Assembly: GCA_964019335.1 (NCBI GenBank)
Contig: OZ025655.1
Span: forward strand, 682,001 to 746,000
Length of the DNA: 64,000 bases
Direction: 5' to 3'
Source of the DNA: Diplonema japonicum
Taxonomy: Eukaryota; Protista; Euglenozoa: Diplonemea
This document shows positions 20,614-33,072 of the stretch, one piece after another. Position numbers and translations under genes: made by a program. The stretch's first letter is position 1. Every line of letters begins with the position of its first letter. The notes under the pieces were generated by a model that was not told the origin of the DNA, ran no database searches, and was given only the letters and a program-made list of their open reading frames with translations.

Positions 20614-23496
20614 TCAGGATAGCAGACGTGCGATGGCCTGTGAATTTGGTATGCTGTGTTGTTGCTGTGGCTCACATACATGGTCAAGGTTAGAAGAGCC
20701 AATGAGCGCTCTTGTGATAGCTGCATCGTCGAGGTGCGGCAGGATGCTTTTAACGGTGTCAATGTCCTCTTGTTTCACAACAGCGGTTGGTGCAGGAGGG
20801 GGGGGTGGGGGCGGGGGCACTGGGTCTTCTTCCTCTTCCTCAGTTGTGTCTTCAAAGGAATCGTCTTCCGACATAAGTTCGTCATTCGAAGGCATCCGGA
20901 ACATGGACACAAAGTTCGATACACTGGCCCTTTTACGCGGCTCCTCTGCAGCCTCGCACAGTACCCTGATGCCATCTCCCACATAGCTACCACCATCGTA
21001 CTCCGCAGCATTGTCTATGAACCCTAACACCAAGCTTGCAAGCGTTCCTTTTACCTCTACTAGCCCCTTGCTATCTACCGTGGTTTCTTTCCCTCCTTTG
21101 CTAACTCTCCACATGTTTTCTTCTTTCCGAACCACAGGCACCACTTCGTTAACCACCAACGGCATGTCAGCACACGGTGTTGCCACGAGGCACACCGATG
21201 CAGAGTGCTCGGGTTCGGAATCCATGTGGCGGAGCGCCTCCTTTCTGTCCATCCCGTCGTGTGTGTAATATTGAATGCGTAGTTCCATCAGCGTGTTTGT
21301 GAAAGCCTCCGGAGTGTGGTCACTCTCGTCATCGAAGCTCTGCATGGTGCTGAGCGTGCTGTCGGCTCTCTCCATTCCAGAATTGTCTTCAAGCAGCGCC
21401 ACGACGAATGTTTGCTTGTCCATGCGCTTATCAATGCACCCCGATGTCACCTCGGTGCGTGGGAAGCTTGTGAAAAGACGGATCTTGTTCGGGAGGAGCT
21501 TGTTCTGCACCGCCCATTTCGACCTGCAAGCCGCATGCACGAACAGCAGCTTTACATCGGAACCTGTGGGCAGTCCGCACCTCAGAACCTCTCCATCTGG
21601 GAAGCGGATCTGCATATTGATGTCACCTTCGTCGACGAGCAGTGTCTGCAGGTCTTCTATTTGCTTCTGATACTTTCTTTCCATGTTCATCGCCTGCTTC
21701 AGTACCCGTTGTGCTTCCTTTTCCTGTTTCACTCGCAGTTTCGCTTCATTAGCCAGTCTGTCTTCTTCCTCCTCGTGGTCGGGGGCTGCTTCGAAATCGA
21801 CCTTGAACTCAATCTCCTCATCGGGGTTCTCTGTGATCAGACGTGCTGCACCTGAAGGGTTCAGCTTTTTCACTTCAAAGAAATGGAGCTTGGGTCCTTC
21901 CATCGTCTCGAGTGTGATAGGCACAGTTGTGTCTTGTGTGAGGGAAGCCATCCCCTTGAGACCCCTCTGCAGAGCTTCTGCGGGTGAGTCGCAAAGGGCG
22001 GCGTCCGTGTAGAACTCTTTGGAGTGCGGCTGGAGTTTCACGAACTTGACTTGAGGGACTGATACGCATCGCACGCGCACAGCGTCGCCCTGCTTAACAA
22101 ACAGGTCCGCAGCCACCCACGACGGGAGCACTACATGGCCAGAGGGGAGTGCTTTTTGGAAACCTTCTTTGGATATCCCGCAGTGTCGCTTGCGGCCGTT
22201 GTCTGTCGAGACTTCAAAGATCAACGGCAACGTGAGGCGGCCACCGTATAGTATAGTGGCGGCTTCAGCCGGCAGTACGATTCTGTCATACTCGTCGCTG
22301 CACACGACACCGAACGGAGCGGGAGGCACGCATGCAACGTACCTTCCGTCGAACCCATTGGCTGTCTCCCAGTCACTCGTGTCGGTCCTCTCAATAACTT
22401 CTTCACCGTACCCTTTTATGAGGCAAGTCTGCCTGCAAACCTCCGCATTTTCAAACTCCTTGTGCACGTTAAGCAACACATTCTCAACACTCTCCCCAGT
22501 CTCCTGCCACCCTGTGCGGGTTAGGCCATGAATTGCCACTTTTCCTCCGAAAGACACGGGGACGGTCTGGTACTTCACACGCGGCTCGACTACCGCGACG
22601 GTGGGCGGGATCATCGGGTAGCCGTGGGGGAACTTGACGGACAGCACCAAGTGTTTGCCGACGTGCGTCGAGCGAGACAGCTCGTCCAGTTCGCGCTGGA
22701 AAGCAGTGCCAGGGAATGACATGTGCACCAACCAGGAGCAGAATGTATCGTCTGGCAGGGTGATGGACGTGATGGGCCCCGTGGGGGACACTGTGCTACG
22801 GATGTGTGAGTATTCAGATGCGAGGCGTCTGGCGATGGTCCTGAGAGTTAGGGCGTGGGGGGGCGGGGCTTTCTTTTTTTTGAATGCGGGGGAAGGATAG
22901 TACTTAGGTCCGGGGCGGCGACGAGGGTCATGGTGACGGGCGTGGGGGGGCGGGGGTTGGTCGTGGATCTGTGGGATGCCACTGCCCTCTCCATACTCGT
23001 AGTGGTAAGTGAGGGCGAGGTCGAGGTTGAAGCGGTTTTGCTTGAGGCGGGAGATGGCAGTAGATTCCGGTAGGCCAGTGATGCCAGTAAAGGCCTGGAT
23101 CACCTCTACACGCGCATCGTAGAACACCATTCCCGTCACATCCACCACATCGGGGATGTTGTGATGGCCGCGCACGACGTGCAGCAGCGATTTGAGCTGC
23201 CCCAGCACATTGCCCAAGTCATCATGAGGCACTATGATGTCGTAGCTCCCCACCCTTACTTCGTCCACTCCATTGTACGTGACCCCTATGTTTGTCGTCA
23301 TCACCCCAACCTTGCCCCTCTCCATCACGACGATCCCATTCATTTCTTCATTCGCCGCCACTTTTACTACCTTCCCTCTTGGGTCGTTCACTTCTACACT
23401 TTCCACGTCATCGAAGGCTTCCACTCTAATTAGCCCCACATCGCCAGCACGTCTGCTCTGCTCCCTCGGAGGGCTGCTGCTCGCGCTTCTTTTCAT
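20614..23496 (-). CDS. UBA-like plus UBC-like plus UFD1 plus UBX plus SH3-like plus CUE fusion protein; in-frame intron 20638-20679
   Basis: IQAFTGITG..A..L....FNLDLAL (UBA-like); FPHGYPMIPP..V..P..GGKVA..L..TGW (UBC fold); DRIVLP..HCG..LPSWV..FVKLQP..VDF (UFD1); QIRFPDG..TSFPR (UBX); VKSILPHLD..I..AL..NLDHAIARLL (CUE). Confidence 0.8.
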   Translation of the reverse strand: MKRSASSSPPREQSRRAGDVGLIRVEAFDDVESVEVNDPRGKVVKVAANEEMNGIVVMERGKVGVMTTNIGVTYNGVDEVRVGSYDIIVPHDDLGNVLGQLKSLLHVVRGHHNIPDVVDVTGMVFYDARVEVIQAFTGITGLPESTAISRLKQNRFNLDLALTYHYEYGEGSGIPQIHDQPPPPHARHHDPRRRPGPKYYPSPAFKKKKAPPPHALTLRTIARRLASEYSHIRSTVSPTGPITSITLPDDTFCSWLVHMSFPGTAFQRELDELSRSTHVGKHLVLSVKFPHGYPMIPPTVAVVEPRVKYQTVPVSFGGKVAIHGLTRTGWQETGESVENVLLNVHKEFENAEVCRQTCLIKGYGEEVIERTDTSDWETANGFDGRYVACVPPAPFGVVCSDEYDRIVLPAEAATILYGGRLTLPLIFEVSTDNGRKRHCGISKEGFQKALPSGHVVLPSWVAADLFVKQGDAVRVRCVSVPQVKFVKLQPHSKEFYTDAALCDSPAEALQRGLKGMASLTQDTTVPITLETMEGPKLHFFEVKKLNPSGAARLITENPDEEIEFKVDFEAAPDHEEEEDRLANEAKLRVKQEKEAQRVLKQAMNMERKYQKQIEDLQTLLVDEGDINMQIRFPDGEVLRCGLPTGSDVKLLFVHAACRSKWAVQNKLLPNKIRLFTSFPRTEVTSGCIDKRMDKQTFVVALLEDNSGMERADSTLSTMQSFDDESDHTPEAFTNTLMELRIQYYTHDGMDRKEALRHMDSEPEHSASVCLVATPCADMPLVVNEVVPVVRKEENMWRVSKGGKETTVDSKGLVEVKGTLASLVLGFIDNAAEYDGGSYVGDGIRVLCEAAEEPRKRASVSNFVSMFRMPSNDELMSEDDSFEDTTEEEEEDPVPPPPPPPPAPTAVVKQEDIDTVKSILPHLDDAAITRALIGSSNLDHVCEPQQQHSIPNSQAIARLLS

Positions 23497-23763
23497 TGTT
23501 GTGTAAGAGAGAGAGAAGAAAAAAAAAGATAAACCACGTTTCCTTTCCACCTACTTGTGTTTGCGGGGGATGGATATCAACGAGACGAAAAACACAAATA
23601 AACAAATTTTCAGACGTAGCGGGAGGGGACTGTAACGGGGGGAGATATTTATAATAACAAGCCATTTCGTTCTCGGTTACTGAAGTAGTTCTGTTCCTCT
23701 CTTTTTCTCTTTGAAAAGCACTGATGACGGGAGGGAGAACCCTCCCCGTTTTTTTTTTTCTCC

Positions 23764-26700
23764 TTACGATTTGAGCAACTTTTGTTGCGCGCGATTGGTT
23801 CCTAGCTTGCTGAGCTGCGCCTGCTGATTGTGTTTCACGAAGTCGGTTTTTTTCGAGGCTGCTGCCTTCACCGCTTCTTGTGTCTCGTTTCGCAATCTGT
23901 GGGGGGAGGGGGGAATGGTTTCCTTTTTTGCCAAGTATTCTTCTTGTTTTCTTTTTTTTTATATATTTTCCTATCTCCTGGACAATCGAACCTCTTGAGA
24001 AACCAGCTTTTTCAGACAAGTCAGAGAAGCAAGGATTGGAAACAGACAAAAGCAAGACAAAACAAAAAGAAAATCAAGAAATACCTCGTATCCACCCGGC
24101 TAGCAGTGATGGTTGGAGCGTGGTATTTTGGCAGCACGCCTGTGGTGAGCATTGATGTTAAACAATAAAGATAAAAGTATACCTTTCACCTCGTAGCGCC
24201 ACTCTATGAGGTCCGTTTCGATGACGAGCACACCGAGGAGGGTCTTGCCGTACTGGGAAGAGGAGAACGAGACAATAAACTGTGTGGACGGTGATGTGCT
24301 GGGAGAGACACGTAAAGGTGGGAGGATGCCTTTAGCAGGCGACACCGTGAACTCGGCTGGGGAGTCAGAAGTAAAGTACGACCGGAAGGGCTGCTCTTCC
24401 GTGAAGATATTCTTCAACGTGAAGGCGACACTGCCCCTCTGTGCCACGGCGGCTTCTAGCAGGATGAGATCGTCTGGCACTGGCGGCAGCGATTCGAAAT
24501 GCAACTCAAACCTCCACAACCCTCCACTCTTCTTCCTTATCAACAGTTCCACAGTCGCAGCGAAGGTCCGCAGAGGTGTGAACGTCACCACATAATCCAT
24601 CTTCACAGTCGCGTCTTGTTGTGTCGGTTCCACCGCCGCTGCCTGTATCACCAATGAGCTCTCCAGCGCTCTCTTATAGGGATGCACTGCAGGGAACACC
24701 ACCTCATGGCTGAACACTTCCCCCTCTTCCATCTCCATCTCATGTAATGACAATGCTATCGCCTGGCTCAGCTCGCCCCTGCACCTACATGAAAACTTGA
24801 AAGCATTGTCAACCGGCACGGCCTCTGCGATCCCTACCACAGGGTACTCCCACTTCAGGTCGTCTGCAACACCCTCTCCCACAGCCTGTACCACTACTTG
24901 AGTTTTATGTTCTGATATCACTTGCGGTGAGTAAGAGACTGGCACTGTCAGGCTCGAGAATGGTCCAACTGTGTTCGTTTTTCTCTTTATCATAACTTCG
25001 AAAGGCGACTCCGGCTCCGACTTCAGCAAGATGATAAACCTCCTCGGCAATGGGAACGGGTTTCTGAACACCACAGAAGTCTGCTGCGACCTCCCGACAA
25101 CAGAGTTCACTGTGACAGGCTCCATCTGCGTAGGGGGTGTCCCCTTCCCGCGCACAATGAATTCCCACTTGCCAAGCTTTGGGTGCGAAAAGGTAACCGT
25201 CGCATCTTGCCGCTGAGCGATGGCGGACGGCATGTAGGTGACTACAGGGTGTGCCTTCATGAACGGTTTCAACACCAGGTTCACGCTCGGGTTCACAGAG
25301 AAGTTTTGCTTGTTTGAAACGTTGACCGACAGGGGCAGGTCGTGGTCGAGGGGATTTTCGATCTCCAGTGTGATGGGCTTAGACTTCCCGAGCTCACAGA
25401 AGACCTCCTGCAGCTCCTCTGCGGCTGCTTCTGTGGCAGTCATCTTCACGTTGTACCAATACTCGCCGATCTCGTCGTTGTAGAAAGACAGTTGGCCCTC
25501 TGCGGGAACACCCTCGACGGTCGCCCTGAGAGGGTTGTAGATCAAGTTGTAGATGGCCACCTCCTCTGGTGGTACGATAAGCCTGTTGTCCCCAAAGAGG
25601 CCGTCGCCCCTCCGCCGTACTGAGAACGAGAGCTCCTGGTTGGTCGGGTTGCCGATGGTGATCTCCGCCATAAGCGCCTTGCGGACCACGGTCTCGATTT
25701 CGATACTCTTCTCTGGAGGGGGGCGGCTGCAGTGAATCTGCGCGACGAACCAGATGTACTGCTTGGAAGGTGTGCTGAAGGTAATGCTGCCGGTTGTCTT
25801 GCCACTCAACGCGGGTTTCAACACGAGGTTGTACTTTCCGATGTCGCCCTTTCCCACGTTCAAGGTGGATGCACCGCGTGCGAATGGGATGTCAGACTCG
25901 ATGGTGTACAGCACGTCATCGTTTGTGATGTTTGGAACAGATACAACTAGCGTGTGCGGCTCACGGGAGACGCACTCCGCCGTCAGCGTCGCCTCCGCGA
26001 GGGGCTCATCAGCGCGACCGTGCAAGTTGTAAGTATATTTCTCAAGCGTTTCGTTATTCTTCAACACAAGGCTCCCTTTCACATCGCACACCCACTGAGG
26101 CGAGAATAAAAGCGTGTAGTTTTTAGTCTTTCCTGCCTTCACGACCACTTCCCTCGCTCCAGTGAAGTACTCCCCACTAAGCGATGCGTGAATAGTCCAG
26201 TCCTTCTTGGTCTTGTTCGTGATAGGCAGTTCCTGGTGGATCACTTGCCGCGCTGTGCAGTTGAAGTCCAAATCCGCCTTCATCCCAGGCGACCTGCTCT
26301 TCCCATCTACTTCTATGACCCGCACGTCATTCGGAGACGTCAGTGTGACCTTCCCAGGGTACACTCCAGGCCCTTTGGGCTGGAATGTGATATTGAGCAC
26401 AAGCGGGCTTTTGAGTCCACCTTTTTTCCTTCCTTCTTCTTCGCCTTTTTCGGCTTTGGGTGCGATTTCTTTAGGTCCCGTGAAAAAAGGTGACGAGTAC
26501 TCTACTTTATACCGGAGGCTCCCCGGGTCTACAACCTTCTCGTTTTTGTCGCCCTGCTTCAGCTTCGTCTTGAAACCCTTGAAACGTTCACTATGCAGCA
26601 CGTTCAGCCCTTTTTCCTGTGCGGAGTTCTTCAGCGGCAAAACCATCTCCTTCGTCTGTGGTACTGCCAGCTCTGTTTGGAAAGACAGTTTTTCAACCGA

Positions 26701-29700
26701 CACAGGAGGGAGCCCTGTCGCACGTATCATGTACACCATCTCGCCCACTCTGTCGTCCACAAGAACGATCCTGCAGGTGTACTGACCACGCATGAACGGG
26801 ATGAACTGGAAGGAAATCTTCCCTTTTTCTTTGTTCTTGATGCTGATAGTGTCTAGCGCCGTCCAGAAAGCGTCTTGGAATGCCCCTGAAGAGGCCTCTT
26901 CCCCGTATGTGATAGGGTTCCCTTTGGGCCCAACTTCCTTCACGTACTGCTGCTGGTATGTGATATTGAAGGTCGCACGTTCATTGAAGGTGTTCTCGAT
27001 CTCTAGTTCATGCACAAGGGGCTCGTACAACGGGGTCTCGATGGTGAAGGTCTTCATCGCGTGTTCTCTGTCGACCTCTGACTCCAAGTTAAAAACTATA
27101 GTGGAGGCGGAGTTTGGCCCCGAGCGTCCTGTGCTCAAAAAGGTGAGTCTTGACTTCTTCTTCCGTGAGAATCTGGGGCATGTCCAAATAGGCAGTGAGG
27201 CACTGGATCTTGACTCAAGTCTTAACTTGTTGTCTGCCTTATCGATTTTGAACTCACCAGACTCGTCGTCGAGCAGTACCAGGTAGTCAATAGGCCACCT
27301 GTGGGGGTTCGTGAGTTCCACCGTCTTCGAGATCGTTTCATGCAATCTCCCCGAGAATTGTACTGTAGCCTGCGGCACAAATTGCGGCAGAGCTTGGAAT
27401 AGGGTGAGCGTCACAAGCAAGAGATCGCGCATGGTGCTCTCTGTGAGTTCTTTCGCTGTCAGCCTCATATCCATGCCGTAGGCTTTGGCTGTCTCCAACA
27501 CGGATCCTGCGTTCTTCTCGCAGTCCGACATCGTGGTTGGAGAGTACACGAAGCCCGTCCCCGTGTTCATGTGGGTCCCAAGGCCCAACCTGCTCTCACA
27601 CGTGGGGATGTATCCGCAAATGACAGATGCAAATGCTTTGCAGTCACGCAGTTCGTCAAAGGTCATGACTCTGGTGTCATTCGGGAAGTAGTGCTGCTGG
27701 TGTATCGTCAACCATTTCAGAAGAATGGCCTCTGACACGCTGTACAGATTCGACCCCATGGTGCTAGGGTCCTGGGCTTGCGTCCCCCACTTTTCTTCGC
27801 TCGCCTTGTGGTGCATGATATGACTCTGGGGCATTGTGCGGAGGCTTTTCCATGTGATCTTGCTCATCATGAAAACTCTGATGATTTGAAAGAGCAGCGA
27901 CATCCATGCATGCTGCTGGCGGTAACCGAACTTCCTCTCGCCCATCCGCTGTTTCCCTCGTTCGCCAGCTCGGGTTTGCGGTGTTGGAGCACTCGCACCC
28001 AGCCCGTTGCCCCACCCCTTGTGCATCGCAGTGATACGCTGGAAGTCTTCGAATCGCAAGAGATACTCAGCCCGCACGTCAGGTAGCATCGCACCCCAAC
28101 CCTTCAAGAAAGAGAGGCTGTCCTCGTACTGCTTGAGCTCCACCATGGCAATGTCCCTGCGGTTCATATGTAGCAGTTTATCACTCTTCACAGTCCCCGG
28201 GGGAAGCCGTCCTGCTAATTGTTCGATAGTCTCGATAAGCAGCTTCCCGTGCCCTGCCACCATGCCGGGGATGAGGTCATCAATCGCATCTTGGAACACG
28301 TTCAGGTTCATCCAGTTCTTCAGCCTCTCCGCGTTCTTCTTCGTAAAGGCCTTTCTGTTAGTCTTATCGGTCACTTTGTACGTGTTGGTCTGGTCGGTGT
28401 CGTAGCCGCTCCCAGCATGGCTTCTCGCCGCTTCACTTCGCAGCTTTGGGGTAGTGCTCCCGTCGTTCGACTCTTCGGAAGGCTTGATGCACACAGGCCT
28501 CCTGTCACCATCAGCATTGATAACGTACCCAGAACCAGACGTGCCAAGATCCGCAGCCTTATGCGTCACAAGGTAAGGATAGGTGGTGAGCACAGAGTTG
28601 TCGGAATAGAAGGAGATCGGGACGGAGAACACGCCGTCTTCGTCGTCAGCAAAATCAATGCTTGCTGTGAAGGAAGTGGGCTTCTTCGCGAGACATGTCA
28701 CATCTACAACGAGTTGCGAGTGGTGGTGTCCCACGACAGAGCCATCTGGAAAACTCAAAGATATGGGCAAGGTGCCAGGTTCGTTCCATTTTGCAGCACC
28801 GGGCAACCTCCACTTGAGGTCAAGCGACTCGTACCCCTCGTTGTTTATGACGAAGCTTGCCTTCGACGGCACATCAAGCGGCACGACCGTCATGATGACT
28901 TCACGTCTGTCAAAAGTGAGGGCAGGGTTGGCACCCTGGCCGCTGATGATGAGATCCATATACTTGCTCTCCTTGTCCCCGTCGAGGCACACGCCTACCT
29001 TCATCTGGTACGACTTAACCTCTGCTGGTGAGAAGGACACCTGCACGGACGATGTGTGGCCAGAAGCGAGCGTCCCGGAATTGGGGCTCGCTCTAAAGAT
29101 CTCCGCCAAAGCCGGGTCGTCAGGAATCACTAAGTCCCATTCAAGGTCCCCTTCCACCTCGTTCGTCAACCGCAAGGAGACGGTGTTCGCCGCTTTAGAT
29201 GTCCCCTCCTTCACCACAACCCGTGACCCAAAGTCCACCACAGAGTGACTCAGGACAAGCCTGGGCTTCAAAGCCTCAGCGGTGACCTGCTTCATGAGGT
29301 CATGACTTGTCTCACTGACAGGGATGCCAAGCAGCGACAGAAGCAAGGGGAAGGTATGAGGCTGCTGGGTGACGGTTGTAGGAGAGAACGCAAGGCAACA
29401 GCAAAGTGTGCATTTTTCTTTAACTATAAGCTTGTACTGGTTGCCCTTCTTCGTTTGCAAAGGGCCGTCGCTGCTACCGTCATCAAAGTCGTCTAAAGAC
29501 TCGTCCTCCTCCTCGGCATCAGTTTCCCTGCACACCATCAGCACGCCCTCCCTGTTGTCGTCTTCTTCGGGCTCTGCAGTAAGCTCCACACGCTTGTGGT
29601 CAGCATCGGTCAACGAGAAGTCGGGGATCATGGTGAGGTCTAGCAGCAGCGTTGCGGGGATCGACCCGTTGTTCACTAGACGCATTGTCTTGTACTCTCG

Positions 29701-32661
29701 TGTTCCAACGATCACCTTCCCGAAGTCCAACCCCTCATCTGCTTTGAAGTCTATCTGTGGTATCTTCGGATCAGCCTTAATTGCAAGTTTCAACTGTTGC
29801 TTCATCCCCCGTACAGAGCACACAATTTGAGACTGGATGGCCGCCGGTTGCGTTGGGCGCAGTGTGACAGTGATGTCCAGCGATTGGTTTACAGCAAGCC
29901 TGCTGCGTGTGACCGAGACGCTCAGCCCAGGAGGGAGGGACATGATGGTGAAGACAGTCGAGTTCGGACCTAATGATTTGATCGTTACGACCTTCTGCAC
30001 GAAGCACCCCACGGCTACTGAGCCGAAGTCTATTTTTTGGGTGTTGAAAACGCATTTAGCTTCCTGTACATTTCCGGTCAGCGTAAGCTTCTTGGTGGGG
30101 CCGCCCTTGACCTCCAGCTGGGCGATACATGAGGATTCGTTGGAAAGCTGCGGTGCGTATATGATGTCAACGTTGCGCTGCCCGTGGGGTGGGATCGTTT
30201 CTGCTGCAGGGGAGAAGGAGAACACGGGGTCTTTCTCGTCGATTACCCAGTTGAAGGTGGCTTCAGAGTTCCCATTGTTAGTGAGTGTAAGGTTCTGCGT
30301 GAGCGTGGGATCCAGCACATAGTCGTTGAAGCGGAAGTCCATCTTCTCTTGCGAGAGTCCGACGTCGATGGGGACGGCCTCCGCTAGCAGCAGGAACTTC
30401 AGCTTGTGGTTCTCATTCAGTTGAAACCACATGGCTTGCGTAAAAGTCTGCTCCGAGTCAGACTTAAAAGCAATGTCAAAGCCTGCCGTTTGCCCGGGAG
30501 GGATCACCTGTGAAGCGGGGAATGAGTGCTTTAACTCGTCTCTTATGGAAACAGGGATTCGCACCTGAATGTGTGCTTTCAGGTTGTTTTGCACGCAGAA
30601 GCTCTTTACATTCGTCGAGAAGACAGAAACCTTACCGAAGTCCAAGACCCGCGGTCCGTATGCCACATGCACGATATCTTTCGGCGATAGTACCATTTTA
30701 CACTCGCGTTGCTCATTCAGCGTAGTGGGCTCTTTCTTGAACTTCTTTTTTATTGTCCGGTTTTCGTCGAACTTCGTGTTTTTCGCCAGCAGCCTACCGC
30801 CATCCCCGTCACCTGCCGTCCTCTCGGAGTCCACCTTCCACAAGGGGTCCTCCTTCACAAAGACCTTTGGCTCCGGTTCCCTCAACCCTTCGGCAGGCAC
30901 CATTCCCATGTCCACGAGGCTTCTATCCACATATGAGGCATCACCCATCAGGGCACGTTCTTTCTTTTCGAGGTTGGTTTCGTGCACCAGCTTCTTGTTG
31001 TACTCCCTGTTGAGGCGGCTCTGCGTCAAGTAGTTGTTATACAACCGCTGGTGCTCCTTCCGCTGCTCGATCTCTCCCATGTGCAGCATGGCGATCTCAT
31101 CGTTCTCGTCGGTCATCCATGCATACTCCTTCTTCGGCTTCTCGCCCTGCGATAGCTGCTGCCCAGACGGCGCTGATGACGGTTGCTGCGTTGCCGAGAA
31201 CTTCATCTCCCTCCTGAAGTCCGCATCTGTCTTGTCAACACCGCCCATGAGCTTCTTCTTTGACGCCGTTTTCGTTGCCATGCCCTGCACATAGATGGGC
31301 ATAGTCTTGATCCCTCCACACAGCGACATGTGGATAGTCTTGCTAAACAGCCCCAGTTGGTTGGGCTTGAAGGTGATCACAAGGTTCATGTCGGAGCATG
31401 ACTGCAGCCGCCAGGGAGGCCCTATCCTATATGTTGATGCGCGCACGTGGAACTGTGCCACCTTTGACATGGTCATGTCGACAGGTAGCTCAGCGTTGTT
31501 CGTGACTGTCACGATCATGTCCACGTAGTCATTGACGGCCACCTCACCAAAGGCGAACGTGCTCTGGCTGAGCTCAACGTCCGTGTGTATGGCGCGCCCT
31601 GTGAGCACAAGGTCCATCTTCTGCTCTGTCTCCACGATCTCAACGCCAAAGGTCTGGCGCCATGACGCGGGCTCCGGTTTCTTCTTTTTTGAGGCAAACC
31701 CTGTTTTACCCTCTTTGTAGATGGGCTGGAAGCACAATTTAACGGGTGCCGAGAGCTGCTTACCTATTCTGCCATCGGTAGGAATAGCCTCGATGGGTGG
31801 TGGTGGTGGTGTGGAGGGGCGCGAGTCGTCTTCGTGTTCTTCTTCGAGCGTCTCAGGGCTGACTATGGTGAAGGAAGTCGAGAAGGGTGAGCTGTTCAGG
31901 AGACTGACCTCGATAGCCTTGCGCTGTCCATAATACAGGGTACCGAAGTCGAGGGCACCGCTGATAGGGATGTTGTTGCCGGTAAAGATATCAACTTTAG
32001 ACTCAACGACGCATGCCGTCACCTTCAGCTGCCGCGTGCTCTGCTCGGGGAGGATGACCTGGACCACGGAGACGAAGAGACCGGTTTCGCTTCCGAAGTA
32101 ATTCACTTGGACGTCTTTTGACTGGCCAGGTTCTACAGTTCCTGTGTGCGGGGCCACTGTGAGGCCGACGCCCATCCCGTCGCTTTTGAACTGGAAGGTG
32201 CCTGGGCTCTTACCGGTGTTGGTCAGCACTAAGTTGTGCGAGGCGTTGTGCTGCACAGGGATGACACCTAGATCCACTTCGTCGTTGAACCGAATGCAGG
32301 GCCTTGGGAACCAGGAATGCAACGGTACTTCGAGCCTCCCTTCGTCCGTGATCACGGAGAACGAATCGTTGAAGTCGCGCACCTCCTTCGTGCAGAACTC
32401 AACCTCTATCTCCTGCTTCAAACCAGGTGCGATGCTCTGCGGCAATGTGATAAGCTTGAACACTGATGTTTCAGGTGGCGTGAACCTGACCCGCTGTACC
32501 TTGTTGCTCATGTTGAATATCGTAAAGCGAATCACATAGATCAGGTCGCAGCTGATATCCGAGAACTCGCCCACCGAAGGAGATATCCTCATCACACTGT
32601 TGCATGTGGGGTTCATGGGTGCCTTCCTCCCAACGGTGCCGCCGGTGGAGGATAACGCCAT
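23764..32661 (-). CDS. CFAP47: Cilia- and flagella-associated protein 47 (tandem ASH/Ig-like domains, calponin-homology domain); introns 24140-24182 and 23897-24084
   Basis: About 2900 aa of ASH repeats (LDFG..,N.G..,P..G.I.P) and a CH region (SNLYSVSEAILLKWL). Two terminal introns give EVKGVLPKYHAP..SRVDTRL..KKTDFVKHN. The last exon is less certain. Confidence 0.8.
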
Positions 32662-32782
32662 CTTTACTCAAGATGTTTTCTTTTCCCCCTGGCCCCCCCT
32701 CCTTGAGATGTCATGAAGAATAGCAAAGCGGGTGACAACATAGAAGGAAATAAATAGTTTTTGAAGCTTATCGTTTTGGTTT

Positions 32783-32890
32783 TTCGCTCGAGCAAAGAAG
32801 TGCGAGAAGCGGGGGAAACCAATGTGAAACCCGAAGTGGAGAACTAACTATTTGCTCGGCACAAAGGATGCCAAGTTCCAGTTATCATTT
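32783..32890. promoter_or_regulatory. Recurring intergenic element, copy B, 122 nt upstream of the CFAP47 ATG
   Basis: TTCGCTCGAGCAAA..TTTGCTCGGCACAA..AAGTTCCAGTTATCATTTTT, colinear with 5125-5207. Confidence 0.4.
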
Positions 32891-33072
32891 TTCTTTTTTT
32901 TGCTCAAATCCCATTTGAATAAAAAGACAATACAGAAGAAGAAATAAATAGGTTCGTGTAGATGAAAAACTCCGAGCGACGTGGTACAACGGAAGTTGCC
33001 ATTTTGTTGGATCTGTTTTACTTTCAAGGAAACATTTTTTTTTTCCTCCTGTTATTTCTCTGTGTAAGTGTA

